Shown here: positions 1-8,943 of the stretch, piece after piece
Numbering within the stretch: the first letter of the stretch is position 1
How the letters are laid out: every line of letters begins with the position of its first letter
From: a virus
Lineage: Duplodnaviria > Caudoviricetes
Direction: 5' to 3' (one strand)
DNA: 64,000 nt
IMG/VR virus record: IMGVR_UViG_2784132107_000001
Notes under the pieces: generated by a model
Databases searched by the model: none
Seen by the model: only the letters and a program-made list of their open reading frames with translations
Told to the model about the DNA's origin: nothing
Made by a program: the position numbers and the translations under genes

Positions 1-1
1 C

Positions 2-1003
2 AAGCGGGACGGCAAGATTGTACACTCCGAGGCCCAGACCTTTGAGCGGCGGGCGGTGGCCGCCGCCTGGATCAAACAGCGCGAGACGGAGCTCTCCGCG
101 CCCGGTGCGCTCACCCCCCGGGAGGACCCGCCGCTCAAGGACGCAATTGGCAGATACATCGAGTCCTTCGAGCAGGGCATCGGCCGCACCAAGGCGCAGT
201 GTCTGCGCACCATCGCCGCCTCCGGGCTGGGCACGGTGCGCTGCTCGAAGGTCGACAGCGTGGCACTCGTGGAGTTCGTCCAGGGGATTGACGCCCAGCC
301 CCAGACGCGCGACAACTACCTCTCCCACCTCGCGGCCGTATTCACGATCGCCCGCCCCGCCTGGGGTATCCCCCTCGACAAGCAGCAGGTCGACGACGCC
401 CGCATGGTACTGCGCAAGCTCGGCGCCACCTCCCGCTCAAGGAAGCGCGACCGCCGGCCGACAGTCGAGGAGCTGGGCGCCATCCTCGGCTACTACCTCG
501 AGATGGATGCGCGCGGGCGCGCCGCGATTCCCATGCTCCAGATCATCCCGTTCGCCCTCTACTCCACGCGACGCCAGGAGGAGATCTGCCGCATCACGTG
601 GGAGGACTACCAGGGCGACCGCGTGCTGGTGCGCGACATGAAGCACCCGGGACAGAAGATCGGCAACGACACGTGGTGCGACCTGCCGCCCGAAGCGCGC
701 CGGATCATCGACGCCATGCCGAAGGGCACCGGCCGCATCTTCCCCTACAACCACAGGTCCGTCAGCGCATCGTTCACCAAGGCATGCAAGTTCCTCAAGA
801 TTGACGACCTGCACTTCCACGACCTGCGTCACGAGGGGGCGAGCCGGCTCTTTGAGATGGGGTGGAATATCCCGCACGTGGCAGCCGTGACGGGCCATCG
901 CAGCTGGCAGAGCCTGAAGCGGTACGCCCACCTGCGTCAGGCGGGCGACCGGTGGGCGGGCTGGCAGTGGCTGGAGTCAGTGGCGGCTATGCCGACCGCA
1001 TAA
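2..1003 (+). CDS. int: Tyrosine recombinase/integrase, dusA-associated type (5' end outside window)
   Basis: Frame open from base 2 (KRDGKIVHSEAQTFERRAVAAAW...). Catalytic set STRRQEE, K(HP), HFHDLRH, TGH, KRY is intact. Homologous to the decayed copy at 63300. Confidence 0.93.
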   Translation, partial: KRDGKIVHSEAQTFERRAVAAAWIKQRETELSAPGALTPREDPPLKDAIGRYIESFEQGIGRTKAQCLRTIAASGLGTVRCSKVDSVALVEFVQGIDAQPQTRDNYLSHLAAVFTIARPAWGIPLDKQQVDDARMVLRKLGATSRSRKRDRRPTVEELGAILGYYLEMDARGRAAIPMLQIIPFALYSTRRQEEICRITWEDYQGDRVLVRDMKHPGQKIGNDTWCDLPPEARRIIDAMPKGTGRIFPYNHRSVSASFTKACKFLKIDDLHFHDLRHEGASRLFEMGWNIPHVAAVTGHRSWQSLKRYAHLRQAGDRWAGWQWLESVAAMPTA

Positions 1004-1106
1004 TGTGTGCCCGCGCACACGCGATGGCGGATAACGCCTGGTTGATGTCCGAACCTGGTGGCATTCGTCTGTAGACTCGGTATTGCCAGTTCGACCCCAG
1101 ATTAAA

Positions 1107-1133
1107 GACTGCGGTCCCCTCCGCGGTTTTTTT
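1107..1133 (+). terminator. Rho-independent terminator after integrase
   Basis: GACTGCGG-TCCCCT-CCGCGGTT stem-loop followed by a T run. Confidence 0.65.
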
Positions 1134-1228
1134 GTAGCTCCGGGGTCAACTTTTAGATCCCCCCGGCGGGAATGATGCACTCCGAAGCCCTGCTGAATTC
1201 GCCATGTAAGCCCGGGGGGGTCTCTTTT

Positions 1229-1495
1229 TTACTTCTTCAGCCGCGCCGTGTTCTTCATCTGGTTGTAGGTGTAGTCCGCCGGTTTCTTTCCTGCCGCCTT
1301 CGCGGCACGGTCCCTGGCCCGCTCCGCGGCCGTCATCGAGTTACGCGCTTCGCCCTTCGGGGTGAGCTGCTGCGTACCCTTCTTCAACACCCCATTCTTC
1401 TGCAACGAGGACGTGGCGACCGCCGCGGCCTGCGACTTGCCCATCCCCTTCTTCTCAAGCTGGCCCTCGAGCCGCTCCAGGATCTTCGGCATCAC
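1229..1495 (-). CDS. Small basic hypothetical phage protein
   Basis: 88 aa, Lys-rich; start overlaps the stop of the giant gene; last gene of the late arm. Confidence 0.75.
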   Translation of the reverse strand: MMPKILERLEGQLEKKGMGKSQAAAVATSSLQKNGVLKKGTQQLTPKGEARNSMTAAERARDRAAKAAGKKPADYTYNQMKNTARLKK

Positions 1496-4400
1496 TGCTC
1501 TCCCTGCTGCTGTATGTAAGCACCCCGGCTGCGGCCCGTCTCAACCCCGCCGACGATCGAGTTCTCCCGCCGGCCCTGGTTCATCGGCGCACGCAGCAGC
1601 GTGGAGAACGGCGAGGGCTTCAGGCCGTTGCTGCGCATCTGCTCCTGCATCGTTTTCCACTGACCCTGCAGGTCACGCAGCGTGGCCGAGTCACCGTCGC
1701 GGTAGGCCTTCGCGTACTGGTTGACCATCTGCTGCGAGTGCTGCTGGAAGAACGTCTGCGCGTTGTGGAACTCGGCGGCCCGCCGGTAGCTGTCCTCGAT
1801 CTTCATCGGCGTGACGCCCGCGGCCTGCAGCGCTACATCAAATGCCGAGATGTCTTCTGGCTTGATGATCGTATCGTTGCGGCTGTTGGTGAGGCCATCG
1901 GCCGCGAGGCCATACGCCTTCATCCCGTCGCGGATCCCCGAGGGCACCATCTGCTCGAGCCCGTGGTAGTAGTCGCCCTGCATGATCCTGCCGGCACCGG
2001 TGAGCACATTCGGGAGCGTGGTACCCAGCATCGGCCCCAGCGCGGCGAGCATGTACGACTTGTAGTCATCCGCGGCGGTCTTGCCACCATTCACGTTGGC
2101 GCGACCGAGCGGGTTCAGGATGTCACCGGCCCCGATGCGGTTCGTGAGATCGATGCCGAGCGCAGCCGGGGCACCGTGCAGGATGATATCCGCCAGGAAC
2201 TTGTCGCCGATCACGCGGCGGAAGTACGACTCCGGGTCCTCGGGTACGTCCGAGTCGCTGAAGATCTTCTGGATCGCATAGGCCAGCAGCTGCGCGCCGG
2301 GAATGCCCATCGCGCCGGCCAGCACCCCGTAGTGCAGCGCCATGTAGCCCAGTGCTTTCCCGCCAACCACACGCTCTTCCGGCGAGGCGCCGGTAAACGC
2401 CTGGTGCGCGAGGCGCGCGACGATCGACGTGTGGATGATGTTGAACTTGCGGAACTGCGCCATGAGCCGCACCGGCAGCCCCGGGGCGTTACCCGGCATG
2501 AGGGCGCGCGGCGTGTTGGCCGCCGAGTAGTCCCCGTACGCCTGGCGCACCACGTCACGGGCGAACTTCGTCCCGGCCGCGTGCGCCGCGTCAGCGTCAC
2601 CGCCCCGGTTGAGCGAGTCAGCGTGCGCGAGGCGGTAGGCCGCCAGCGCCGAGAGGGTGCGGTTATAGCCTTCGAGACCGCGCGCGACCATCGTCACCTT
2701 GTTCATCGCTGTGGCACCAGCCCGGGTCAGCTGGTTGCTGGAGAACACCTCCGGCTTGCCGTACTCCGACTCATGACCCGCATCCAGTACCCCCTGCCTC
2801 TGCAGCGTGGTGAGCATTCCACGCTCGTCCCCCACGCGGCTCACGTGTTTGCTCACGTCGAGCTTCAGCGCATTGCCCCCCTTCCCGAGCTTCGCCGTAT
2901 CCTGCGCCGCCCCGATCATCTCCTTCCACGCTGCACCGTAACCGTGTCGGGCGCCCAGTATCGGGTGCGCCATCGTCACAGGCTGTGCGATGTACTGCAG
3001 GTAGTGCGCGGGCGAGGTCAGCAGGCGCCAGGCCGTGTTGAACATCAGCAGGTTGTCCATGACGCGCGACGGCCGGTTGTTCGCCTGCGCGATGGCCCGC
3101 TTCTGGAACTCGTTGACGATGTCGGTGCGCGCGGGACGCTGCGCGCCGCCCTGCTTCGCTTCGTCGGCCATGCCCTTCATCGCGTCGGCGATCTTCGCGC
3201 CGTGCAGCATGGTCGAGACCAGCTGGTTGTGGCGCAGCCCGTTCTGGAAGAACGACTCAAGCCCCTGCTTCGCGATCACGCCAGGAATGTTTTTACGCTT
3301 GAGCTCCCCGGCGCGTGCACTCGTGTCCGCGATGGACTGCAGGTACATGTCCGTGAGCGCGCGGTCCATCGCAGCGGCGTACTCCTTGCCCTGCGGCGTG
3401 CCGGTGTCGAAGTAGTCGCGCATCTTCGCGCGCCACTGTTCGAGTTGCCGCCAGCTCGCACCGTGGCTGTCCTTGAAGTACACGTCCTTGGCCATGGGCT
3501 GCGCGTTGCCGGCACCGTACTTCGCCTCAAGCTCCTTGGCGAGTGCACGCGCTTCGCCCATCGTGCGGGTCTGCGTGTACACGTAGTGGTCCGGGTCCTT
3601 CCTGAGCGTGTCCATGCGCGGCGTGTCTTCCGCCGCTTCCGCTGCCTTGTAGGTGGCGGACTTGGCTTCCACGACATAGTCGCCGTGGCGGCGCAGCGGC
3701 AGGTAGGGGCCGGGCATCTCTGCACCGGCCACCCTGGGGGCGTCGGCCCCCATCATCTTGCGGACCTCTTCCTCGGCCGCGCGCAGCTGCGAGCGCTGCG
3801 CGGCACCGTGCTCGTTGACCGCCTTGATAACCTCCTGCACCGACGCGGGGAGCGCATTGAAGCGGGCCTTCGTGGCAGGGTCCACGGTGACGCCGGACTT
3901 CCACGCGGGGTCATAGCCCCACTTCTGGGACATCGTCGTTTCAGTCAGGAAGGTGCTCGCCATGTCACGCTGCGGCAGCGAGAGCGCCGAGGCCTTCTGG
4001 CCGATTTCACCGAGCTGGTTGTCGAGCGTGCGACGGTAGGCGTCCTGCTCGCCGTGCAGGTCCATGTACTCGCGGGGGGCTTCCATGCCCAGACGTGAGG
4101 ACGCCCAGTCAGCGAGATCGTGACCGAACGTGAGCGCCTGCGTGCCGCGCTTCGCGGCGTGCGCGAGGGTGTCGTAGGTGCGCTGGACCGGCGAGGCGAG
4201 CCCTTCCGGCAGCGCCGAGATCAGACGTTCTGCGCGGGGTCGGCGTTCGTCGACGGAGTCGTGGTCGTAGTCGGGTCCACGGGACTGGAGGCTACGCTCT
4301 GGGCTCCCGGCTGCGTCTGCTGTTGCTGCATCGCCGCTTCCGCCTTCGCGAAGTCGAACGGCTGCAGGTTCGCCGGCTGCGCGATTTTCGAAACCCGTGG

Positions 4401-7400
4401 CGCGCTGTTCTGCGCCATCGCCCGAGCGAGCGAGAAGCGCTTCTGGAGATTGCTGGACATCGTTGGTCACCTCGCGCATGAATGCGGAAGATTCGGGCGC
4501 GTATCGTTCGAGAATTGCACGGCCGCGGGGGTCAGTGTACATCGAACCGAGCTGCGCAAACAGCTCCGCCTGCGCATCCTGGCGGTCAAGGTCAGGGTGT
4601 TGTCCGCGATTGAGCGGGTAGTCGAAGTACTGCTCGAATGCACCGTCCGTGGGGTCGTTGGACCAGAGGTCATGCAGCTCGCGCGCGACGCTGCCTTCCG
4701 GCGCCCAGTCATCGGCGAACTCTTCAAGCCGCATCTCCGGCTGCACCGAATACACCCCGCCATGCAGGGCGTTGTCGATGCCGTGCCAGAGCTCATGGGT
4801 GATCGCGTGCTGCACCAGCGCGGGGCTGCCATGCTGGAGCACCGAGGCGTTGAGCGTGATCTTGACCGTGCCGTCGCGGTTCAGGGTGATCTCACCGCCC
4901 ACCCCATCGGGCAGACGGCTGACCGACCAGTGGTCCACCGAGTCCACCGCGTGGGGGATACCCAGGTGGCGCAGGTTCGCCGTGACGGTCGACACGTTAC
5001 CATAGCGCGCTTCCACCCCGCGGAACTCGGCGCTGCGCGACTGGTACGCATCGGGGTAGTCGTTGGAGTCGAGCCGGTTGACGATCTGTGCCTTGTCGGC
5101 GAGCGTGCCGTTGCCGTTCCCGACGAACTCATCCCAGTCACTGCGCAGCGACTCAGGCAGGTCGTCATAGGCAACGTTGCTCGGCACGGTGGCCTCGTGT
5201 GCCTCCCACGCCTCACGGCCCCGGTCCTCGGAGGTCTTCCAGGCGTCGGGGTTCTGCTTCGCCTGCGCTTCGAGCTCGGCGACTTTCGTCCTGGCCTTGA
5301 GCCACTTGTCCCTGTCGACGCGCGAGCCGTCGCCATTGGCGACTAACGCGTCCCAGTCGTTGCGCAGGGCTTTCGGCAGGTCGTCATAGGCGACGTTGTC
5401 CGCCGAGGTGGCTCCGTGCGCATCCCACGCCTCACGGCCACCGTTCTCGGAGGCGTTCCCGGCGCCGGGGTTCTTGCCCGCCGGTGCCTCGATCGCAGCG
5501 AGTTTCTTCTGGGCCTTGAGCCACTGGTCGGTCAGGTCGCCCGTGTCCTTCCACTTCGACTGCGAGCCACCGGCCGACTTGACGACACCCATGCTCTGGG
5601 TGACGCCACGGTCCTCATCGCCATGCAGCTCGTTGCCCTCGACGCGCATCTCGTCCGCCGAAGCGGGCGTGGCGTCTTCGGCCTTCGCCGCGTGCTCGTT
5701 CTCGTCGTAGGCCGTCTCCCCGGTCGGCACATCGGCAGGCTCTTCATGCATGAGCTGCATGATGTCTTCCGGCGTGTAGCCGAGCCGGTTGGCTGCCGCG
5801 ACCACCTTCGGGCCGAGGCTCTTCTCGCCGACGATCTGTGTGATGCGCGAGTGATCAAGCCCGTACTTGTCGCCCAGCTCACGGTGCGACATGTCGTTGA
5901 CGAAGTGATCCTGCAGGATGTTGAAATCCCGCTCAGCGTTCTTCGTGCCGGCCAGCGCCTCGCGCCACAGCCGGTCACGCGCCTCGTTCTTCTGCGCCGA
6001 GTCAGCCGTTGTTGCCGGTGCGGGTTTGACGGCTGGTGCTTGCGGCGCTGCAGGAGCGGGCTCGGACAGAACCTGTTTCTGGATCTTGACGAAGCCGGGG
6101 CTGCGGTCCGGGACCTCGTGGATGTTGGCGATATTGTTGCGATCGAGGTAGCGCAGCAGATCCGCGCCGATACCTCTCCCCCGTGCGTCTTCTGTGACTG
6201 CGATGGAGTCGAGCATCCCGCGTTTGATATGGGCGGCACCGACCACGTTGTCGCCATCCAGTATCTGCACCCGCGTGTTACCCGCCTTCGCTGCATCCAC
6301 CCGCGCCGTCAGGCCGTTGCCCAGATCCTCGGTGTGGGTCAGCACGGGGTCAGTGGTGAACTGCTTCGGATCTGCGTTCGCGCGGTCAAACATCTGCGCG
6401 CGAAACTCGGCCTGCTTCTGGACAGCAGTCTTCCCCCCGAGGGTGTCCTTTACGTTATCCGCAAAGTTCGAGAACAGCTTCCCTACCGGCGTACCCTTCG
6501 GTTGCGTCCTGCCTACGGTACGCCCTGCACCCGGCGCCTGACCCGCAAATGTGTTGTTCTTCTGCGCCTGCGCGAGCGCATCCGTTACTTCCTGGGCTTC
6601 GGTCCCGCCAGCTGCATGTCCGCCACCAGGTACAGCGGCATCCCCAGCCGGGCTGCTATCCGCTGCTCCCGCGCCTCGTACGCTGCTGTCTCGTGCGGCT
6701 CCTGCTTGCTCGTCAAGCGGTTGTCGCAGCTCACCTGCTGGTCGAACTGGTACGGGTCCCACGCCTGCGGGTCGTCCAGCAACGTCCCCGGCAGCGGCTT
6801 GCTGTTGCTGTCCATTTCCACCTCTCCGTTTCAGTTGGATGAAACCGCCCGTCTTCTGGACAGGCGGCGTTACAGGCTGTTCTTGCCCGGCTTGGGCAGA
6901 TCCTGGCTGTACATCTGCCGGTTGTTGTCCTTGAAGTTGGGCGACTTCGGCGGCTTGGGCGCTTTCGGCGGGGCTGCTACCTTCGGCGGCGGCGGGGCCT
7001 TGAGGGCCTGGGGCGCTGCTATCCTGGGCGCTGCCGGCACCGCGATTTTCGGGGCCGACACTTTGGGTCCCGCCAGGTTGGGCGTTGCTATCTTGGGCGC
7101 CGCTGGCATTGACACCTTCGGTCCCGCTCCGATCTTGGCCATTTACATCTCCATGAAGAATCTTGTTGCGCCACGCAGTCAGGATCTGGACCTTGTCCAG
7201 CGACGTCTGGGCCTTTGAGTTCGCCAGGCGGTTGATCGCCATGTCGATCTTCGCCGCCGCCTGTGCGAGCGTCGGCGCTTCGTTGACACCGGTCAGCCTC
7301 ACCAGCTTGTCGATGTCACTCATCGCCGGGTACGGACCCGGTTCGGTGCTGCGCTGGTCGGGCGCGGCGACGCGGTCTTCGCGCCAGGCATCCGAGAGCA

Positions 7401-8934
7401 GCTGTTCGGCGTCGTGCTGCACCGGAGACTTCTGCGCCTCCTTCGTGAGCAGCTTGTCGACGTACCTGTTGTAGTCCGGCGTGGTGCCATGCTCCTGGCC
7501 GTCGAACGCGTGCGCGCCGACCACCACCTCGCCAAGTGCCGGGTGCACCAGGTCTGCGCGCGGGCCGACCTTCGCAAAGAGGCTCTGCAGCAACCCCTCG
7601 CGCGCCTGCGCGCTCTGGGCCTGCTGGGCAGCGGCCTGGGCCTGCGGCTGCTCACGTATATCGAACAGGTTGCCCTGCGTCATCGGCCCCTGTTCAACCT
7701 GGGTCTGCGGCTCGTGCAGCGTGAACGGCGTCTCTTCGCCAAGCGCTGCCTGCACGTCCTGTTCAGTGGTCGCGGGCGGACGGCCGATGCCGAGGTTGCG
7801 ATCGATCATGTCCTGCACCGGCAGGCCCTGCCCGGGACGGATGACGGGCACCCCGTTCGACGGCTGGGTGTCGTACAGGTCACCCTGCGGGCCTGCGTCA
7901 AGCGCCGTATCGTGGCCGGCGTTGAGTGCGTCAACATGCCCGCCAACGTTGTACGGGTTGATCGGGAACAGGTCACCCTGCTGCCCCTGCGATGGGTCGA
8001 GCGCTTCCTCGACAGGATCCGCCGTAGGCGTCCGCTCGTTCGCACCGGGGAGCGCCGAGCGCTGGCCGTGGAACATGCCCATGCCGACACCCGCGAGCGC
8101 ACCGCCGACAAAGCCACCGAGCGCGGACGAACCGACACCCTGGCTCCATGGCTTGCCTTCACCGACGTTCTCACCGGCCGTCGAGCCGGCGTTCATCGCC
8201 GCACCCTGCACACCCTGATCGACTGCGTTGGCGGTGGCACGCCCGAGGAAGTCTCCCGCGAAGCGCGTGCCGAGTGCAGTCGCGGCGGGCGTGAGGAACC
8301 TGCTGCCGAGCCCCACGGTTGCAGCGGACACGGTGCCAGCGACACCGGCAGCCTCGTACATGCCCTTCGTGTTGTTCGGGTCCTGGTCGAGCACGTTCTG
8401 CCCGGCTTCACCGGCGGACTGCGCGCCGAATACGAGCGGTGCGGCGGGGCCAGCGGCCATCCCTACAGCGAGGCCCGGCGCCATCTGCAGCGCGCGACCG
8501 GCGAGCGTGCTCGGGTTGCGCAGCATCGCACCGGCCGTCTGGCCGAATCCATGCGCCTGCTCAACCTGCTGCTCGGCCTGCTGGCGTGCGGCCGAATAGT
8601 CACGTGAGAGGTCCGCCTGCTGCTGGGCACCGTTGAGGTCCTGCGGCAGCGGCATGCCGTGCTGCGCGAGCATCTGGCGATAGTCTTCCATCGCCTGGCT
8701 GGACGTGTTGCCCGAGGCTTCGCTGCCGAGACCCTTCAGCGCCTGGCCAAGCCCCGAGACGCCCTTGAGCACATCCACGCCGAGATCCGCCACGCGACGG
8801 AACGGGCTCTGCCGCGGATGGTCGTCATCGTCCCCCGCATCGACAGGCTGGAACCCCTGCAGCACGCCACCGGACTGCTGGTCAGACTGGGCAGGGCCGG
8901 CGCCTACCGGCTGGAACCCTTCAAGGATCGGCAC
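1492..8934 (-). CDS. Giant internal virion/ejection protein of large polyvalent type (GNAT-like, HTH, HExxH peptidase-like, PLxRFG-like C-terminal region)
   Basis: 2480 aa. Motifs: DSIAVTEDARGRGIG (GNAT motif A-like), MSHRELGDKYGLDHSRITQI (HTH), ITHELWHG (HExxH), PYLPLRRHGDYVV. Last large gene after the other ejection genes. Confidence 0.8.
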   Translation of the reverse strand: MPILEGFQPVGAGPAQSDQQSGGVLQGFQPVDAGDDDDHPRQSPFRRVADLGVDVLKGVSGLGQALKGLGSEASGNTSSQAMEDYRQMLAQHGMPLPQDLNGAQQQADLSRDYSAARQQAEQQVEQAHGFGQTAGAMLRNPSTLAGRALQMAPGLAVGMAAGPAAPLVFGAQSAGEAGQNVLDQDPNNTKGMYEAAGVAGTVSAATVGLGSRFLTPAATALGTRFAGDFLGRATANAVDQGVQGAAMNAGSTAGENVGEGKPWSQGVGSSALGGFVGGALAGVGMGMFHGQRSALPGANERTPTADPVEEALDPSQGQQGDLFPINPYNVGGHVDALNAGHDTALDAGPQGDLYDTQPSNGVPVIRPGQGLPVQDMIDRNLGIGRPPATTEQDVQAALGEETPFTLHEPQTQVEQGPMTQGNLFDIREQPQAQAAAQQAQSAQAREGLLQSLFAKVGPRADLVHPALGEVVVGAHAFDGQEHGTTPDYNRYVDKLLTKEAQKSPVQHDAEQLLSDAWREDRVAAPDQRSTEPGPYPAMSDIDKLVRLTGVNEAPTLAQAAAKIDMAINRLANSKAQTSLDKVQILTAWRNKILHGDVNGQDRSGTEGVNASGAQDSNAQPGGTQSVGPENRGAGSAQDSSAPGPQGPAAAEGSSPAESAQAAEVAQLQGQQPADVQPGSAQAGQEQPVTPPVQKTGGFIQLKRRGGNGQQQQAAAGDVAGRPAGVGPVPVRPAGELRQPLDEQAGAARDSSVRGAGAADSSPAGDAAVPGGGHAAGGTEAQEVTDALAQAQKNNTFAGQAPGAGRTVGRTQPKGTPVGKLFSNFADNVKDTLGGKTAVQKQAEFRAQMFDRANADPKQFTTDPVLTHTEDLGNGLTARVDAAKAGNTRVQILDGDNVVGAAHIKRGMLDSIAVTEDARGRGIGADLLRYLDRNNIANIHEVPDRSPGFVKIQKQVLSEPAPAAPQAPAVKPAPATTADSAQKNEARDRLWREALAGTKNAERDFNILQDHFVNDMSHRELGDKYGLDHSRITQIVGEKSLGPKVVAAANRLGYTPEDIMQLMHEEPADVPTGETAYDENEHAAKAEDATPASADEMRVEGNELHGDEDRGVTQSMGVVKSAGGSQSKWKDTGDLTDQWLKAQKKLAAIEAPAGKNPGAGNASENGGREAWDAHGATSADNVAYDDLPKALRNDWDALVANGDGSRVDRDKWLKARTKVAELEAQAKQNPDAWKTSEDRGREAWEAHEATVPSNVAYDDLPESLRSDWDEFVGNGNGTLADKAQIVNRLDSNDYPDAYQSRSAEFRGVEARYGNVSTVTANLRHLGIPHAVDSVDHWSVSRLPDGVGGEITLNRDGTVKITLNASVLQHGSPALVQHAITHELWHGIDNALHGGVYSVQPEMRLEEFADDWAPEGSVARELHDLWSNDPTDGAFEQYFDYPLNRGQHPDLDRQDAQAELFAQLGSMYTDPRGRAILERYAPESSAFMREVTNDVQQSPEALLARSGDGAEQRATGFENRAAGEPAAVRLREGGSGDAATADAAGSPERSLQSRGPDYDHDSVDERRPRAERLISALPEGLASPVQRTYDTLAHAAKRGTQALTFGHDLADWASSRLGMEAPREYMDLHGEQDAYRRTLDNQLGEIGQKASALSLPQRDMASTFLTETTMSQKWGYDPAWKSGVTVDPATKARFNALPASVQEVIKAVNEHGAAQRSQLRAAEEEVRKMMGADAPRVAGAEMPGPYLPLRRHGDYVVEAKSATYKAAEAAEDTPRMDTLRKDPDHYVYTQTRTMGEARALAKELEAKYGAGNAQPMAKDVYFKDSHGASWRQLEQWRAKMRDYFDTGTPQGKEYAAAMDRALTDMYLQSIADTSARAGELKRKNIPGVIAKQGLESFFQNGLRHNQLVSTMLHGAKIADAMKGMADEAKQGGAQRPARTDIVNEFQKRAIAQANNRPSRVMDNLLMFNTAWRLLTSPAHYLQYIAQPVTMAHPILGARHGYGAAWKEMIGAAQDTAKLGKGGNALKLDVSKHVSRVGDERGMLTTLQRQGVLDAGHESEYGKPEVFSSNQLTRAGATAMNKVTMVARGLEGYNRTLSALAAYRLAHADSLNRGGDADAAHAAGTKFARDVVRQAYGDYSAANTPRALMPGNAPGLPVRLMAQFRKFNIIHTSIVARLAHQAFTGASPEERVVGGKALGYMALHYGVLAGAMGIPGAQLLAYAIQKIFSDSDVPEDPESYFRRVIGDKFLADIILHGAPAALGIDLTNRIGAGDILNPLGRANVNGGKTAADDYKSYMLAALGPMLGTTLPNVLTGAGRIMQGDYYHGLEQMVPSGIRDGMKAYGLAADGLTNSRNDTIIKPEDISAFDVALQAAGVTPMKIEDSYRRAAEFHNAQTFFQQHSQQMVNQYAKAYRDGDSATLRDLQGQWKTMQEQMRSNGLKPSPFSTLLRAPMNQGRRENSIVGGVETGRSRGAYIQQQGEQ
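4221..4460 (-). CDS. Candidate overprinted (+1 frame) gene nested in the giant gene
   Basis: GAGGTG-7nt-ATG; 79 aa; overlies a low-complexity linker of the host protein. Confidence 0.5.
   Translation of the reverse strand: MSSNLQKRFSLARAMAQNSAPRVSKIAQPANLQPFDFAKAEAAMQQQQTQPGAQSVASSPVDPTTTTTPSTNADPAQNV
6585..6815 (-). CDS. Candidate overprinted (+1 frame) gene nested in the giant gene
   Basis: GGAGAGG-TGGAA-ATG; MDSNSKPLPGTLLDDPQAWDPYQF..., protein-like composition. Confidence 0.55.
   Translation of the reverse strand: MDSNSKPLPGTLLDDPQAWDPYQFDQQVSCDNRLTSKQEPHETAAYEAREQRIAARLGMPLYLVADMQLAGPKPRK
6870..7142 (-). CDS. Candidate overprinted (+1 frame) Pro/Lys/Ala-rich basic protein nested in the giant gene
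   Basis: GGAG-7nt-ATG; repeated PK(V/I)xxP units; GC-rich third positions in this frame. Confidence 0.6.
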   Translation of the reverse strand: MAKIGAGPKVSMPAAPKIATPNLAGPKVSAPKIAVPAAPRIAAPQALKAPPPPKVAAPPKAPKPPKSPNFKDNNRQMYSQDLPKPGKNSL

Positions 8935-8943
8935 GCGCGCTCC

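Noticed and set aside
1070-1105. GTTCGACC resembling a tRNA T-loop downstream of the integrase
   Set aside because: No T-stem, cloverleaf or CCA; the att site is in dusA instead
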